DNA from: Felis catus
Lineage: Eukaryota
DNA: 64,000 nucleotides
Direction of reading: 5' to 3'
NCBI RefSeq assembly: GCF_018350175.1
Contig: NC_058368.1
Span: 160,706,001-160,770,000, forward strand
The notes under the pieces are model-generated. The model did not search any database. It was not told the origin of the DNA and worked only from the letters and a program-made list of their open reading frames with translations. Position numbers and translations under genes: made by a program. Positions 35,614 through 47,540 of the stretch are shown one piece after another. The first letter of the stretch is position 1. The number at the start of each line of letters is the position of its first letter.

Positions 35614-38600
35614 AAAAAATCTTCCATTTCTGTAACTGTTAACTAAACCACTGATACCAATTTTGTTTTTACATATAAAAATAATTACATACACAGTTAT
35701 AACTGAAATTTGGGAATATATGTAAATAAGTATAATGATACAAAACTTTTGTATAATACTTTGCATTATTTTACTTTATATTAGAGCAAGCAAACCAATT
35801 TTTTAATATTTGCTTTTATCTTTCTTGGTGATTTTCTGTAGTCACTTGGTCAAATTATCAATATGAAGTTAAATTTCCTTAATACTTCAGTTCAGTTTGA
35901 AAGAATCCATTCTGCTTTATCTTTGTGTTCAGAACTCACCTTACCCTTGTTAAACTGCCTAAGAGTACCAAAGAGTTTTTTGTTGTTGTTGTTTGTTTTT
36001 TCTTTGTTTAATACCAATTTATTTCCTTTTCTGTAAGACAATCAGTTGTGTTTTCCTCATATTTGTCTTCTAGAGTCATCACTTCTCCTCCTCTTTACTG
36101 CTCAATAAAGAGAAAAAATATTTCCAAAGATCTTTGATTTTTTATTTTAAGGAATGCTATATTAGAATGAATACTTCGGTTTGTAAAATATTAGTCTTAA
36201 TGGGATGATCCTGAGCAAGAAGAGAGGATATATTGAAAAATAATGATTGCAAATTGAGATCTCCATACAAACAAAGACAAAGTGTAATTGAGGTCAGAAA
36301 GGAAAGAACTAAAAGGAATTAACCTAGCAGGTTTAAAAAAGTGCAGTGAGTTGATTACCAGGTGAGCCTAAACTGGGATTCAAGCCCCTAAAAAAACTGG
36401 GATTCATGCCCTCTGTGAATGCACGGATATGCACAATGATAGTGGATGAGAGAGACTGAGGGCAACTTCTGTTTGTATGGGTCCTTTGCTGTGGCATTGG
36501 GGAGACAGAGATCCACTGATCTTTCCTGCCACTTAAGTCTCAAAGACAATGCCTATTTTCTACAGAGACTGAGATTAACCACAGCTAAACAGCCATGGTA
36601 TATGCATGAGTCTGTAAAATTCAAGATGTGGAAATTAGGCCAGGTGACACAGATTTCAAGAAATTGACAGATTTCACCCTTTTTTCAGGACAACAGTGTG
36701 GTCTCAGCAATGATACAAAAGGTTTGATTAGCAATTAAGTGTTTTTCAACTTGAAGAACATCCTAGAGAAGAAATAAGAGCTACTTTTAAGCTCAATGGT
36801 AACTTATTAAATTAAACAAAGTTCCATTTCCAAAGTACACTATAATTCTTTCTGTCCGAAAACAATAATAGTATACTGGTTTTGTGAGAATGAGACAATT
36901 TATTGTGATCTGCTGGAAGACTGTCATAGTAAATATGCAAATCTGTTACACCTAAGATGTGCATTCAGGTATATGCAGTACAGTGTAGGGGTAAGCTCTG
37001 GTGGCAAAGAAGCACTTTCCCAGAGGAAAGCAGCAACAAGGTCAGGGGCATAGAAGGAGGCCACCTGCAAGTAGCTTATAGACATCAATAAGACAAGCAG
37101 AGTGGAAAACCTGAGTATGTTTTTTTCTGTACATGGGTCTGACTCTTGTTAAATTCCAGAAACAAAGGAGATAGTAAAAGGCATCCCAAAAGAAGCTAAC
37201 TATTGAAATTAAGTGTTAATATTACATTACTATCTGATGACTTTGCTGGGCACATAAGATCTTCTTTCTCTATCACTGGAGGATTTAAGTCAACTTTCAT
37301 GGTGTGCTCCACTCAAAATCTTTTCTTACAAGATTATCAGGACATAAATGAGACTGTGTGTCATGCTAATGATTTAAGGTAAACCCTTGGGTGTTTACTC
37401 TCATTCATTTAACTCCAAGTGATTCCCATCAGGTTAAGTGTTACATTCATTGTTTACATATTAGATGACTGTTAGACAATTGTAGACAATTAGAAAAAAT
37501 ACACCATTTTGTGAATTTTTATCACTTGGTTTACACAGCTAACAGGTTAAAAAGAGTGTATTTAGTTGATTACCAGTTGATAACTGGTTTCTTTTTCTTT
37601 TTTTTTTTTTTTTGCCTTTTTTTTTCCCTATGGGCATTTTTAAACCTCTTTTATTACAGACAATTCTAAATTTGAGAAGCACTTTGTTTTTCTCGTAACT
37701 TTTACAGGCACAGACGCAAATATGGTTGGGAGAAACTGTATAGAAGGTGCAGTGGAATTTAAGTACCTGGCACACTGCCTGATCTATGCGGCACAGTCCT
37801 TTCTTCCCAGGGCCCACCTAAATAAATGTTTTCAAACTGGTAATTTAAGAGTGAAGAAGTTCACATGCTTTCATTTGCTTTAACCTGCTTCTTCAGCAAT
37901 GCATTTTGTTACTAGAATTACTTGGTAACCACAGAAAGGCACTAATGAGAAGCTGCCATGGCGATCTTGAGAATTCTACAAAAGTCTTACTTTGAAAGAT
38001 TCATTAGGGCTGCATTATCATATTGCGTTCATCTTGTTTAAAACACTGTCATTATTTCCTTTTTGGTTACATAGAATGAAAAGCCAAGAATCTTGCCATC
38101 CAAAGAAATAAAAGTTGTTTTGTTTTGTTTTTTTAATACGTGCCTCATGAACTGGAAACAAATTTTGGTATTTCTGACCCTTAAGAGCTGTAGCAACTCT
38201 TTGGCTCTCTCTCTAACACTAGATGCTTCATAGACTGTAAGGCAATCACAAATTCTAGTGACAGCAGACCATTTTGTACTCCATGGTAATTCTCACCTCA
38301 CACGGGTAATGCATTGCAGATGCACCATTGTCACAGAGCTGCCATAGAGACCACATCTTTTGAAATCAGGATGAGGCTTTATGGAGATTCTAACTGTGTG
38401 TGTCATTTGCAGTGTTCTTATCCTGATGATTATTGTCATTTATGTAGTGCAATTTAAGTTGTTTCTAAGATGCTCTGTATATTCGGCCCAATTCATTTCA
38501 GTGTGAAACTTCAATTCAATGGTTTCAATTTGGAGCTTCCAGAGTTTAGCAAATAACCCTTTCTTGTTACACAGGTTATTTTTTAAATACAATAAACTAG

Positions 38601-38960
38601 ATGTGTCAGTTACTCCAAGATCTGGTTTCTCCTATTCTTTTTCCATCAATCTTACGTTTGTTTTTCTTATGGTCTTTAGTCACATATTATTAAACTTTTT
38701 CACACCAGGATCCTTATAATTCTTATACTTTTCTTCTATCTTCCATAGCATCTATCACAGTTTAAAACAATGATAACAGCCCAGTGCAAATCAAATTCCT
38801 CTTCCTCTCCTCCTTTCTTCCTTTCTTTCATTTCATTGAACAGTTTTTTTTACATGTAATTTGAGTACTGACATAGATTTAAAGAGTTACCAAGCTGAAA
38901 TGATCACATAATCCACTAATGCTTAGCAGGGGTAAAAGACCACAAGAATCACTTGGGGGA

Positions 38961-39160
38961 GGGGCGCCTGGGTGGCTCAGTGGGTTGAGCGAGGTCATGA
39001 TCTCACGGTCCGTGAGTTTGAGCCCCGCGTCGGGATCTGTGCTGACAGCTCAGAGCCTGGAGCCTGCTTCAGATTCTGTGTCTTCCTCTCTCTCTGCCCC
39101 TCCCCTGTTCATGCTCTGTCTCTCTGTGTCTCAAAAATAATAAATAAACGTTGAAAAAAA
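38961..39160 (+). mobile_element. Feline Can-SINE with ~14-nt internal deletion after the A box
   Basis: Perfect 17-bp TSD AAGAATCACTTGGGGGA (38944-38960, 39161-39177); gagcg|aggtcatga junction. Confidence 0.96.
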
Positions 39161-39272
39161 AAGAATCACTTGGGGGAGCAAAGAAAGGACAGAATGAGTG
39201 GGGAAGATAATGCATATGTAGTGACTCAGATACACTTTACCTATTACTAAAAGAAGTGTTATTAATTTATTC

Positions 39273-39460
39273 CCATGATTCTCAAAATATGGCCCTAGAT
39301 TTGCAGGATCAGCATCACCTGACAGTGGCTTGACCTGCAGATTTTTGAGTCCCCCCTCTAGAACTGCTCAATTAGAAATTCTGGGACCAGGGACCAGCAA
39401 TCCAGTTTCTACAAAGCTCTCTTGGTGATTCTGAGGCATGCTAATGTTTGAGAACCACTG
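39273..39460 (+). mobile_element. MER5A hAT-Charlie MITE
   Basis: 188 bp; termini ccatgattctcaaa / tttgagaaccactg; atcagcatcacctg and ggtgattctga motifs. Confidence 0.88.
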
Positions 39461-40448
39461 AAGTCCAAACATACATTTACACATAGGGAATGAAAGACAG
39501 AGAAGTAGGGTGGTGACTCAAGGTCATCTGGCTAGTCAGTATTACTGTGGTTGTATATATTCCAGGTTCCCTTTGCCACACCATGAGAGAACTAGTTCCA
39601 GGTTTAGATGTGGTTTTGCTTGGCAATTATTGCTCCTCCCTGAATTCAACATATCCATATAATACTTAACTTTATGTATAGCAGTCATTGAGCATGCAAT
39701 AAACATATACATAATACTTAAGAATTTGAATTGGCTGAATGATTTCTGAATGTTCAGCTCTCAATCTTCTATTATACTTCATTTGACAATTTGTTTATTA
39801 AAACTTAAAATCTTCTTACAGGTATAGCTAATGTAAAATTAAAGCAGAGCTACTCATATTTTATTTTATTAAGACATCTTGATTCTTTTTTGATAGCACA
39901 CTATATTTTCACAAATCGCATCTCTTACTCTTGCATGGTGGCATCATAAACACTTATATTCCCTTTGTGCACATTTTCCTATATTATGAACTTTTCTATT
40001 TTTATTTATACAGGTCTGCCTATAGGTTATGTTTATATTTACTTGAACTACCTGGTAGCAGAGTGCCTACATGAATACTATAGAAATGAACATGAGAAAA
40101 ATGAAGCCCTAATGATTCTTACCTTAGAAATAACACTTTATTGATGCTGAAAATTGCACTGTAATATACCTGCTGTGGATGGCTATATGAGCATCTTTCC
40201 TTCCTCCTATTTTTTTATACTCGTGAGGACAGAAAAAATGTTTGGTTTATGAAATAAGTTTTCCAACAGAAAAGGTATGCAGACAATGGCTGAAACCTAT
40301 CTGAAGATAACTTACAAGCAGTAAATGACTATTACATTTTCTAGCATCTTATCTCAAAAATTCCTTTATATCAATTCACAAGTGTCACCATTAAACAGGT
40401 GGTCCAGGTCATGAAGCATGCTGTATAATGGTTAAAAGCATGGTTTTA

Positions 40449-40671
40449 GGGGCGCCTGGGTGGCGCAGTCGGTTAAGCGTCCGACTTCAGCCAGGTCACG
40501 ATCTCGCTGGTCCGTGAGTTCGAGCCCCGCGTCGGGCTCTGGGCTGATGGCTCAGAGCCTGGAGCCTGTTTCCGATTCTGTGTCTCCCTCTCTCTCTGCC
40601 CCTTGCCCGTTCATGCTCTGTCTCTCTCTGTCCCAAAAATAAATAAACGTTGGAAAAAAAAATTAAAAAAA
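40449..40671 (+). mobile_element. Young SINEC_Fc-type SINE
   Basis: Near-consensus; perfect 15-bp TSD AAAAGCATGGTTTTA. Confidence 0.97.
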
Positions 40672-40690
40672 AAAAGCATGGTTTTATAAG

Positions 40691-41175
40691 TGCAGTAAAC
40701 AGAATAATGCCCCATACCCCATCCCAAGATGTCCACATCTGAATCCCAGGAACCTAGGAATATGTTAAGTTACCTGGCAAAAGGTGATTTAAGATTGCAG
40801 ATAGAATTAAAGGCTGCTAATTGCCTGACACTAAAATGGGGAGATTGACACTGGAAGGGTTCTTATAAGTCAAAGGCAAAATAGTCAAGTCAGAGGGAGA
40901 TGTGATTGTGGAGGAAAAGTCACAAATGCAATGTTGGCTTTGAAGAATGAGGAATGTAGTCATGGGCCAAGGAATATGGGCAACCTCTATAAGCTGAAAA
41001 AGGCAGGCAAACAATTTCTTCCCTAGAAAATAACTTGGTCCTGTCAGTACAGTGCTTCTAGTCCTATGAAACCTATGTAGGACTTCTAACTTACAGAACT
41101 GTGACATAAATTTGCATTGTGTTGAGCTACTAAATTTATAGCAATTTGTTATAGCAGCAATGAAAAATTAATACA
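40691..41175 (+). mobile_element. MaLR solo LTR (MLT1D-like)
   Basis: TG...CA; cagaataatgcccc, aagatgtccacatctgaatccc, gaactgtgacataaatttgcattg, ttgttatagcagcaatgaaaaattaataca. Confidence 0.88.
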
Positions 41176-41434
41176 GTAAATACTAAAGATCTGGACTTGA
41201 ATCTCAGTTTTATTTCTTCCTAGGTGTATCCTTGAGCTACCTTCTAAAACTCTGAGCTTTAGTTCATCCATCAGCAAAATAGGTGTAGAATAAGTGGCTA
41301 TTAATTATATTGCTTTAGATATTTAGTAAGAAAATGTTTTTAAAATGCTTGTCATTGGCCCTAGAATATGCACACATCAATTATGCAAAGAAGTAGAATT
41401 TTCTCTGATAAATGATTAAAAGGCAAATAATTTC

Positions 41435-41868
41435 CTTTTTAATATTTATTTTGAGAGAGAGAGACTATGAGCAAGGAAGGGGCAGATAAAAAGGGAGAGA
41501 GAATCCCAAGCAAGGTCCACGCTGTCAGCACAGAGCTCGACGTGGGGCTCAATCTCACAAACTGTGAGATTGTGACCTCAGTAGAAATCAAGAGTTGGAT
41601 GTTTTAAATTTTTTTTTTCTTTTTCCAACGTTTATTTATTTTTGGGACAGAGAGAGACAGAGCATGAACGAGGGAGGGGCAGAGAGAGAGGGAGACACAG
41701 AATCGGAAACAGGCTCCAGGCTCTGAGCCATCAGCCCAGAACCCGACGCGGGGCTCGAACTCACGGACCGCGAGATGTGACCTGGCTGAAGTCGGACACT
41801 TAACCGACTGCGCCACCCAGGCGCCCCAAGAGTTGGATGTTTAACCAACTGAACTAAGCAGGTGTCCC
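41435..41868 (-). mobile_element. Older Can-SINE hosting a nested young SINE
   Basis: Perfect 15-bp outer TSD AAGGCAAATAATTTC (41420-41434, 41869-41883). Confidence 0.93.
41605..41827 (-). mobile_element. Young SINEC_Fc-type SINE nested in the older SINE
   Basis: Perfect TSD AAGAGTTGGATGTTT (41590-41604, 41828-41842). Confidence 0.97.
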
Positions 41869-42102
41869 AAGGCAAATAATTTCTGGAAAAAAAATTGGGT
41901 CCTTTGAATCATGAGTGTATCACGTAAGTATACCTCAATAGAAGGCTTTTTAGAAAATAAACTTCTATGCCAAATGCTTGTATAATTAGATTACTCAGAA
42001 TAGTTTATCATAAGGATATGCCATTAAGTTGATTTTGTTAAGAACCAATATCATTTTGAATGAGAAGAACACTTTAGAATTTATATAATCCCAGTTAACT
42101 AA

Positions 42103-42542
42103 TGTCATCTTTGTTTGGGTAATTCTAGCTGTTGTCACAAATAAAACATCATTTCTCAGTGACTCAGAATTTTAAAAACTCTGTGCTAATACTCCAATGC
42201 ACATGTTGTGTTTCATTAGTGGCTTTATTCTAGTTGATTATACAAGGAAACAGTATCTTCAACTTTAAATCTTTATTAAGGCTTTGGGTTCCTCTGAATC
42301 CAGCTGGAATTTGGGAGAAAAGAGGTGAAGGGAAATATTTCCACTTTTCAACCACTTTTTTTTCTCCGGAAATTACACATTTCACTTGTGATCGTGTTTC
42401 CTTTACAGAATTATTCATATAGCCACATCTACATGTAAGCAGGGCTATAAAATACAGTTCCCAGCTGGTGAATACTGCCTGGTGACAATTCTAAACTATG
42501 CAAAGAGAAGCGTACCTTTTCGGTGAGCAGTGAATCTACCTT
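42103..42542 (-). mobile_element. Old MaLR LTR (MLT1J/K/L-like)
   Basis: ctagctgttgtcacaaataa...tctcagtgactca; catatagccacatctacatgtaagcagggctataaaatacagt. Confidence 0.65.
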
Positions 42543-42710
42543 GACCTCTTTACTGTAGAGAAACAAAGACCCAAAAGAGGGTTCAGAACTCATCTACTGA
42601 GGACTTAAATCTGTGTATACTGGTTAGATTTTCCCATTATCCAAAAGAATAGGCAATATATTGTCCATCAATAAATACCTATTGTACCATAGTCTTAAGA
42701 TGTTAAAATG

Positions 42711-42716
<6 letters not shown>

Positions 42717-42754
<38 letters not shown>

Positions 42755-42763
42755 TATATATAT
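42717..42763. repeat. (TA)n microsatellite
   Basis: Read directly. Confidence 0.9.
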
Positions 42764-44506
42764 AATCATTTTACTCATGCTTGCCATTTTTATGGTAATA
42801 TATGTTAAAAATTTAAATATATATCCATTAATTTTTCATATTAATGACAGTGACCAGTACAGGAGTATCTTTTGCCTACATGAACCAAATACATAGAGAT
42901 AGGTATTTTTTTTTTTAAGGGTATATTTAGTACTGCTAAAATAGAGAATATTCATCTAACCTTTATTTGGGAAAGAGATATTTAGAGGCATAACACATAA
43001 ACACATACCTGATTCTAAAAAGGATAAGTGTTTTCAACCACTTCCAAATAAATGAGAGCTACATATTTATCCAATGTTAATATCACAGCTTATGAGGTTT
43101 ACCTCAAGCATAATTACTGGTGGTAATTAGGAGACACAGGATTTCAGTTTTTCAGAAAAATTTCACTTCTTGAAATGTAGTGCAATCTGTTGTTTTCTCA
43201 TCATTAAGCATATGTTGTTTTGGTTAATTCATAATGAAAATAAAGACCCAAATTAAAGTATCTTTTATTTATTTGCCAAGTTTTAAATATATTTTCCTTT
43301 TATCTTAGCATGAGATATATTTGTGCAAGTCCCTTTTGACTTATTTTTAGAAGATGAATAAATACCTTAAGCAACTAAAGTGCTCTGTATTCTTCTATAT
43401 CTTTCAAGAAGGTTTTTTGCTTGAAGCAAGAGTTGACATAATATTACGTATTCAACAAAAGGAGTCACAGGAAGATAACATTATCCATAGAAGGAGGTTT
43501 ACCGTGAGAATTTTTCACCGAGCTTCCTCATTTGCATAGCAGTCTTCAAAGATGTAGTCATATGATTCTTATAAATATGCAAAAGTAATAAAATTTAACC
43601 ACATTGAATTGTGATCACTCTGACTTTCAACTGTGACCCTTCATCATGCTTCGCCTCCTAAACTCAGATATACATAAGTTTGTTTTGATTCTATGCCTTT
43701 TCCCATTTTTAAAATCTTTAAAAAAGTAAGTTCCTTAAAAATAATTGCATTAATTTAGGAAATACTAAAGTTTCCATAAATTATATCAGAGGAAATTCTC
43801 ATGGACTATGATTTTGCCTCCAGCTTTCAATAGGGGCATCTTGTTGTTATATGCTTTTAGATAAACTATGAGTTATTAGTATCTATAGATCTTTATGTGC
43901 TGCAATTGCTGCCTTAATAATTCATACATGTTCTTTTTGAACTTTTAGAAATCTTTGGACATGAACGCTCCACTAGAGATTTTTCTGCATAGCGGATGCT
44001 TTTAAGTATTGTGGGGGTTATAATAGAGAGTGATATAAATTATTTAAGTTGACTGGGATTCTCATTCAATAGTATATATGTTCCACACTTCTTTTCCTGA
44101 GCTAGGAACCTAGTTAGGGGTATTTGAAAGAAGAAATAAGAATGAGAAAGGAATAAGTAGTCTTTTTAACTTCTCAAGTCCATTCCACTTTCAGTAAATA
44201 CATGGTAGGTATGTGTGTACTTTGTTCTTGAGCATTGAGCGGGTTTCACGCTGTGCAGTTGGCTGAGAGTTGGAGGGGGATGGGAGGAGAGGACACTTTT
44301 CTTCCCATGAGAGAAACTCATCTTGGTAGATGCAAACTTGTCTGAAGGAAATAATTTCTGGGAGATTTTCTGACAATCATTGATTCACTAGATTCTTGTC
44401 TTCTTTAAATTTGCTTCCTGCTCCCTTGATGAGTCAACACCCTCTTTTTAAACTGCTAACTAGGATCTGCATATTCTTGATTGTCATATCTCAATCTGAC
44501 ATCTTT

Positions 44507-44768
44507 TTAAACATTTTTTTAATGTTTATTTATTTTTGAGAGACAGAGAGAGACAAAGCACAAGAGGGGGAGGGGCAGAGAGAGAGGGAGACACAGAATC
44601 CAAAGCAGGTTCCAGGCTCTGAGCTGTCAGCACAGAGCCTGAAGGGTTGTGGGAGGTAGGGGGGAGGGGTGAAGTGTGAGGGTGAGGGGCGTGGCTGCAA
44701 ACTCAATCTGTGAGATCCTGACCTCAGCTGAAGTGGGACACTTACTGACTGAGCTATCCAGGCACCCC
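44507..44768 (-). mobile_element. Feliform Can-SINE with G-rich internal insertion
   Basis: TSD tcaatctga[c/t]atcttt (44491-44506, 44769-44784). Confidence 0.93.
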
Positions 44769-45049
44769 TCAATCTGATATCTTTACCTGAGAATGAAGCT
44801 AGATGAATTTGGAGTAAAACTGGCAATTCATATGTTCACATTACTCTCACTTTAAAATATCTCATTCATCACACATATTTAGGTAATATAATATCTTAAT
44901 ATCTTAAATGTGTAATATCTTAATGTGTAGTATTCTTTTCTAGCATTCAATTGCTTTTGAATTGGATTATCAGGAATAAGAAAATGTTTTTTATATGAAG
45001 CAAATATTCTTATTGTCCTGGATAGGAACAAAGAAAGGTAGTTGGGTTT

Positions 45050-46000
45050 AATGCTTCTAATTGTCATTCTTTTCCATTTTAGTCCCTCAAATGGGTATGA
45101 AATGTATCAGTTCAGATTTCCATTAAAATTTCCCTTATGACGAATATTCTTAGGGGCTCCTAGGTGGCTCAGTCAGTGAAGCGACTGACTTCAACTCAGC
45201 TCATGATCGCACAGTCCATGAGTTAGAGCCCCGTGTCAGGCTCTGTGCTGACAGCTCAGAGCCTGGAGCTTGCTTCGGATTCTGTGTCTCCCTCTCTCTC
45301 TGCCCCTCCCCTGCTCATACTCTGTCTCTCTCTGTCTCAAGAATAAATGAAAATATTTTAAAAATTTAATGAAAAAATTAAAAAAAAATTTCCCTTATGA
45401 CTGATATTCTTGAGTACTTTTTTGTGTATTTATTGGCCATTTCTATTTTCTCTAGTGAATTGTTTGAATTACGTCTTCTTTTTCCTTTTTTAAATTGGTT
45501 GTTTTCTTTATTCTTTGATTACTTGTAAGATTTCATTTCATATTATGAATAATAGTCCTTTATTAGATATTTGTATTGTGAAAGTTTTCCAGTCTGTGAT
45601 TTGTCTTTTCATTTTCTTCAAAGGGTTTTTTGATGAGTAGAAGTTTTAAATTTGAAGAAGTACAATATATTCTTATCTTTTTAATTTTATATTCATTGCT
45701 TTGTTTTTATTGTCTTTTATGAAATATTTGCCTGTTCCAACATCTTGAAAATTTTCTCCTATGCCTTCTTTATTTTTAATTTTAAAATTTGGATATATAA
45801 CACATCTTAAATTACTTTTGGTAAAACGGGTGAGGTAGGGTTTGAGGTTCAACTTTTTTCATAGATTTGTCTAAATAATGTATTATATTTTTTTGTTTCT
45901 GGACTCTCTATGCTGTTCAGTTTTTTGAAATATCTAGGCTTATATCAATATCATGCTTGCTTCATTATGTAGCTTTATAATAAATCTTTTACTCAGTTAG
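45050..46000 (-). mobile_element. Old L1 ORF2 3' region, interrupted by a SINE
   Basis: tttattggccattt, cctttattagatatttgtattg, tttgatgagtagaagttttaaattt, gtagctttataataaatctt; probably resumes at ~46430-46480. Confidence 0.8.
45153..45384 (+). mobile_element. Feliform Can-SINE with long TSD
   Basis: Full-length; 27-bp flanking direct repeat. Confidence 0.95.
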
Positions 46001-46003
46001 CTT

Positions 46004-46422
46004 TCTTAAATAACCAAAATTCAACTGAGTGACTTTTAAAGATCTTATTTGTTTCATGAATCAATTCATGAATCAGGCAGCATCCCATCCAGCAAATAGA
46101 GGGGAACCCAAAAGTGCTGCAGAAAAGAAAAGGCATTACCAAGGAGTCATAAGCAGAAGAAAAAAAATCATTTCATGTGAGTTAACCTTTCTCTGGGGAC
46201 AAAAGGGTCTTATTAGGTGGATTACCTCATCTTCCTCTGGAAGATGGAGAAGATTCATGAAACAGAAAGCCTTATTGGTGATGACTACGAAAGTCCTGAC
46301 TAACCAGATAAGACTCTTTCTTGGGAGGGTTGAAACTGTAAATAGGTTACATATTAATCCCTGGTTTGGTAATGTGGCCTAGCATGAATGACTCCATTTT
46401 GGACCTGTGGTTTTTCTTTTAA
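46004..46422 (-). mobile_element. Solo LTR, ERV1-like (MER31/MER67 group suspected)
   Basis: aattcaactgagt...aattcatgaatcaggcagcatc; gactccattttgg near the right end; interrupts the L1. Confidence 0.6.
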
Positions 46423-46485
46423 ACCTTAAATCTTCTAACTTTGTTTCTCTTTCTTCATCATTGTTGTGGCTATTCTAGTTCCTCA

Positions 46486-46858
46486 GTGTGTTGTGTCATT
46501 TATTAAGTTCTCTTGCCTTTCATTTTCAAACAATCCTACTCTATCTTTGTTGTGATGCTGGATATTTGACACTGCAAACTACATTTCTCTTTAACAGTTA
46601 TGTCCCTGTTAAGCAATGCCCATCGTGTGCACTACAGGGACATTGCAAGGTGAGGGGCTATGCATTACTTTCTTTTTTCTAGATAACTTTCCGAAATCTT
46701 GCAGTTCCTAGAAACAGCATTTCGGAATATCCACAGTGGCAGCAGAGCCCAGGCTTATACCCTTTCCTGTACTCTCCCAGCTCCGTTTGCACTATAAGGT
46801 CCTCACAATCAAGCTTTACTCAAATCCCTCTATGTGGCCACCACTCAGAAACTGATAT
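46486..46858 (-). mobile_element. ERVL-type LTR remnant (LTR33/LTR41-like)
   Basis: tgtgatgctgg...ctgcaaactacatttc...cctgttaag...gcacta motif. Confidence 0.55.
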
Positions 46859-47224
46859 GCCCTCATCTGTGGCACAGCAGGTCTTCAGTATGGTCCAGAG
46901 AAAAGGACAGAGATGCTTAGAGTATGGTGTGAAAGGGTATCTCAGGCTCAGGTCCAGTAGTCAATTTGATCACATTAACCCCTTACCTCAGGAAGGTGAA
47001 AGAAAGCAATAGTGTTCTAGAGCACAGAGCCCAGGGCCTGCCTCTAAACATGATTCTGCTTGTAATTTACCTTAAATATTCAAAACATGTAATAAGGATT
47101 ACACATTTTAGGCCTTGCTTTGTATAATATGCTGATTATTCAACACCCAACAAGAAATAGCCCTATTTTTCCATAAGTATTCAGGAAGAGGCAATTACTT
47201 CTACTCAAACTGCTCTATTGTTTG

Positions 47225-47540
47225 GTTTTGTTCTAATGAGTATATACAAGCTGTATAAAAATAAGCTAAAAAATACATTTGCAATGCTTAAAACTTATGG
47301 TGGAATAATACAGAGAACATCCAAAAAACTCCTGTGATTTAAAATGAAAAGTAGAAATATCACAAAAGAAGTTGGCAAGGGATATGAGCAATTTAGAGAA
47401 GAAAAAAAAGCAGAGACCTAACAAACATAAGGAGAAAATCTCAAACTCATCCACATTCAGATAATGCAAATTGAAACAAAATTAGCTATCACTATTTATT
47501 ACTAGATCATCAAAATTTAGAAGTGTAAATAATCCATCCT
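47225..47540 (+). mobile_element. L1 ORF2 3' fragment, sense
   Basis: ggcaagggatatgagcaattt..., aatgcaaattgaaacaa. Confidence 0.65.

Larger units (their letters stand above)
40415..41380 (+). mobile_element. MIR split by a SINE and an MLT1D LTR
   Basis: tataatggttaaaagcatgg on the left; gatctggacttgaatctcag...ctctgagctttagttcatccatcagcaaaatagg on the right. Confidence 0.6.

Noticed and set aside
32198..36411. Small local duplications at 32198-32241, 34154-34179 and 36370-36411 (also 18772-18809)
   Set aside because: Two-copy slippage events of 12-25 bp; ordinary, and not CRISPR-like arrays
43354..43539. ORF with an acceptor-like ctttcaag and a downstream gtgaga
   Set aside because: Weak donor context, unrecognised peptide and no partner exons
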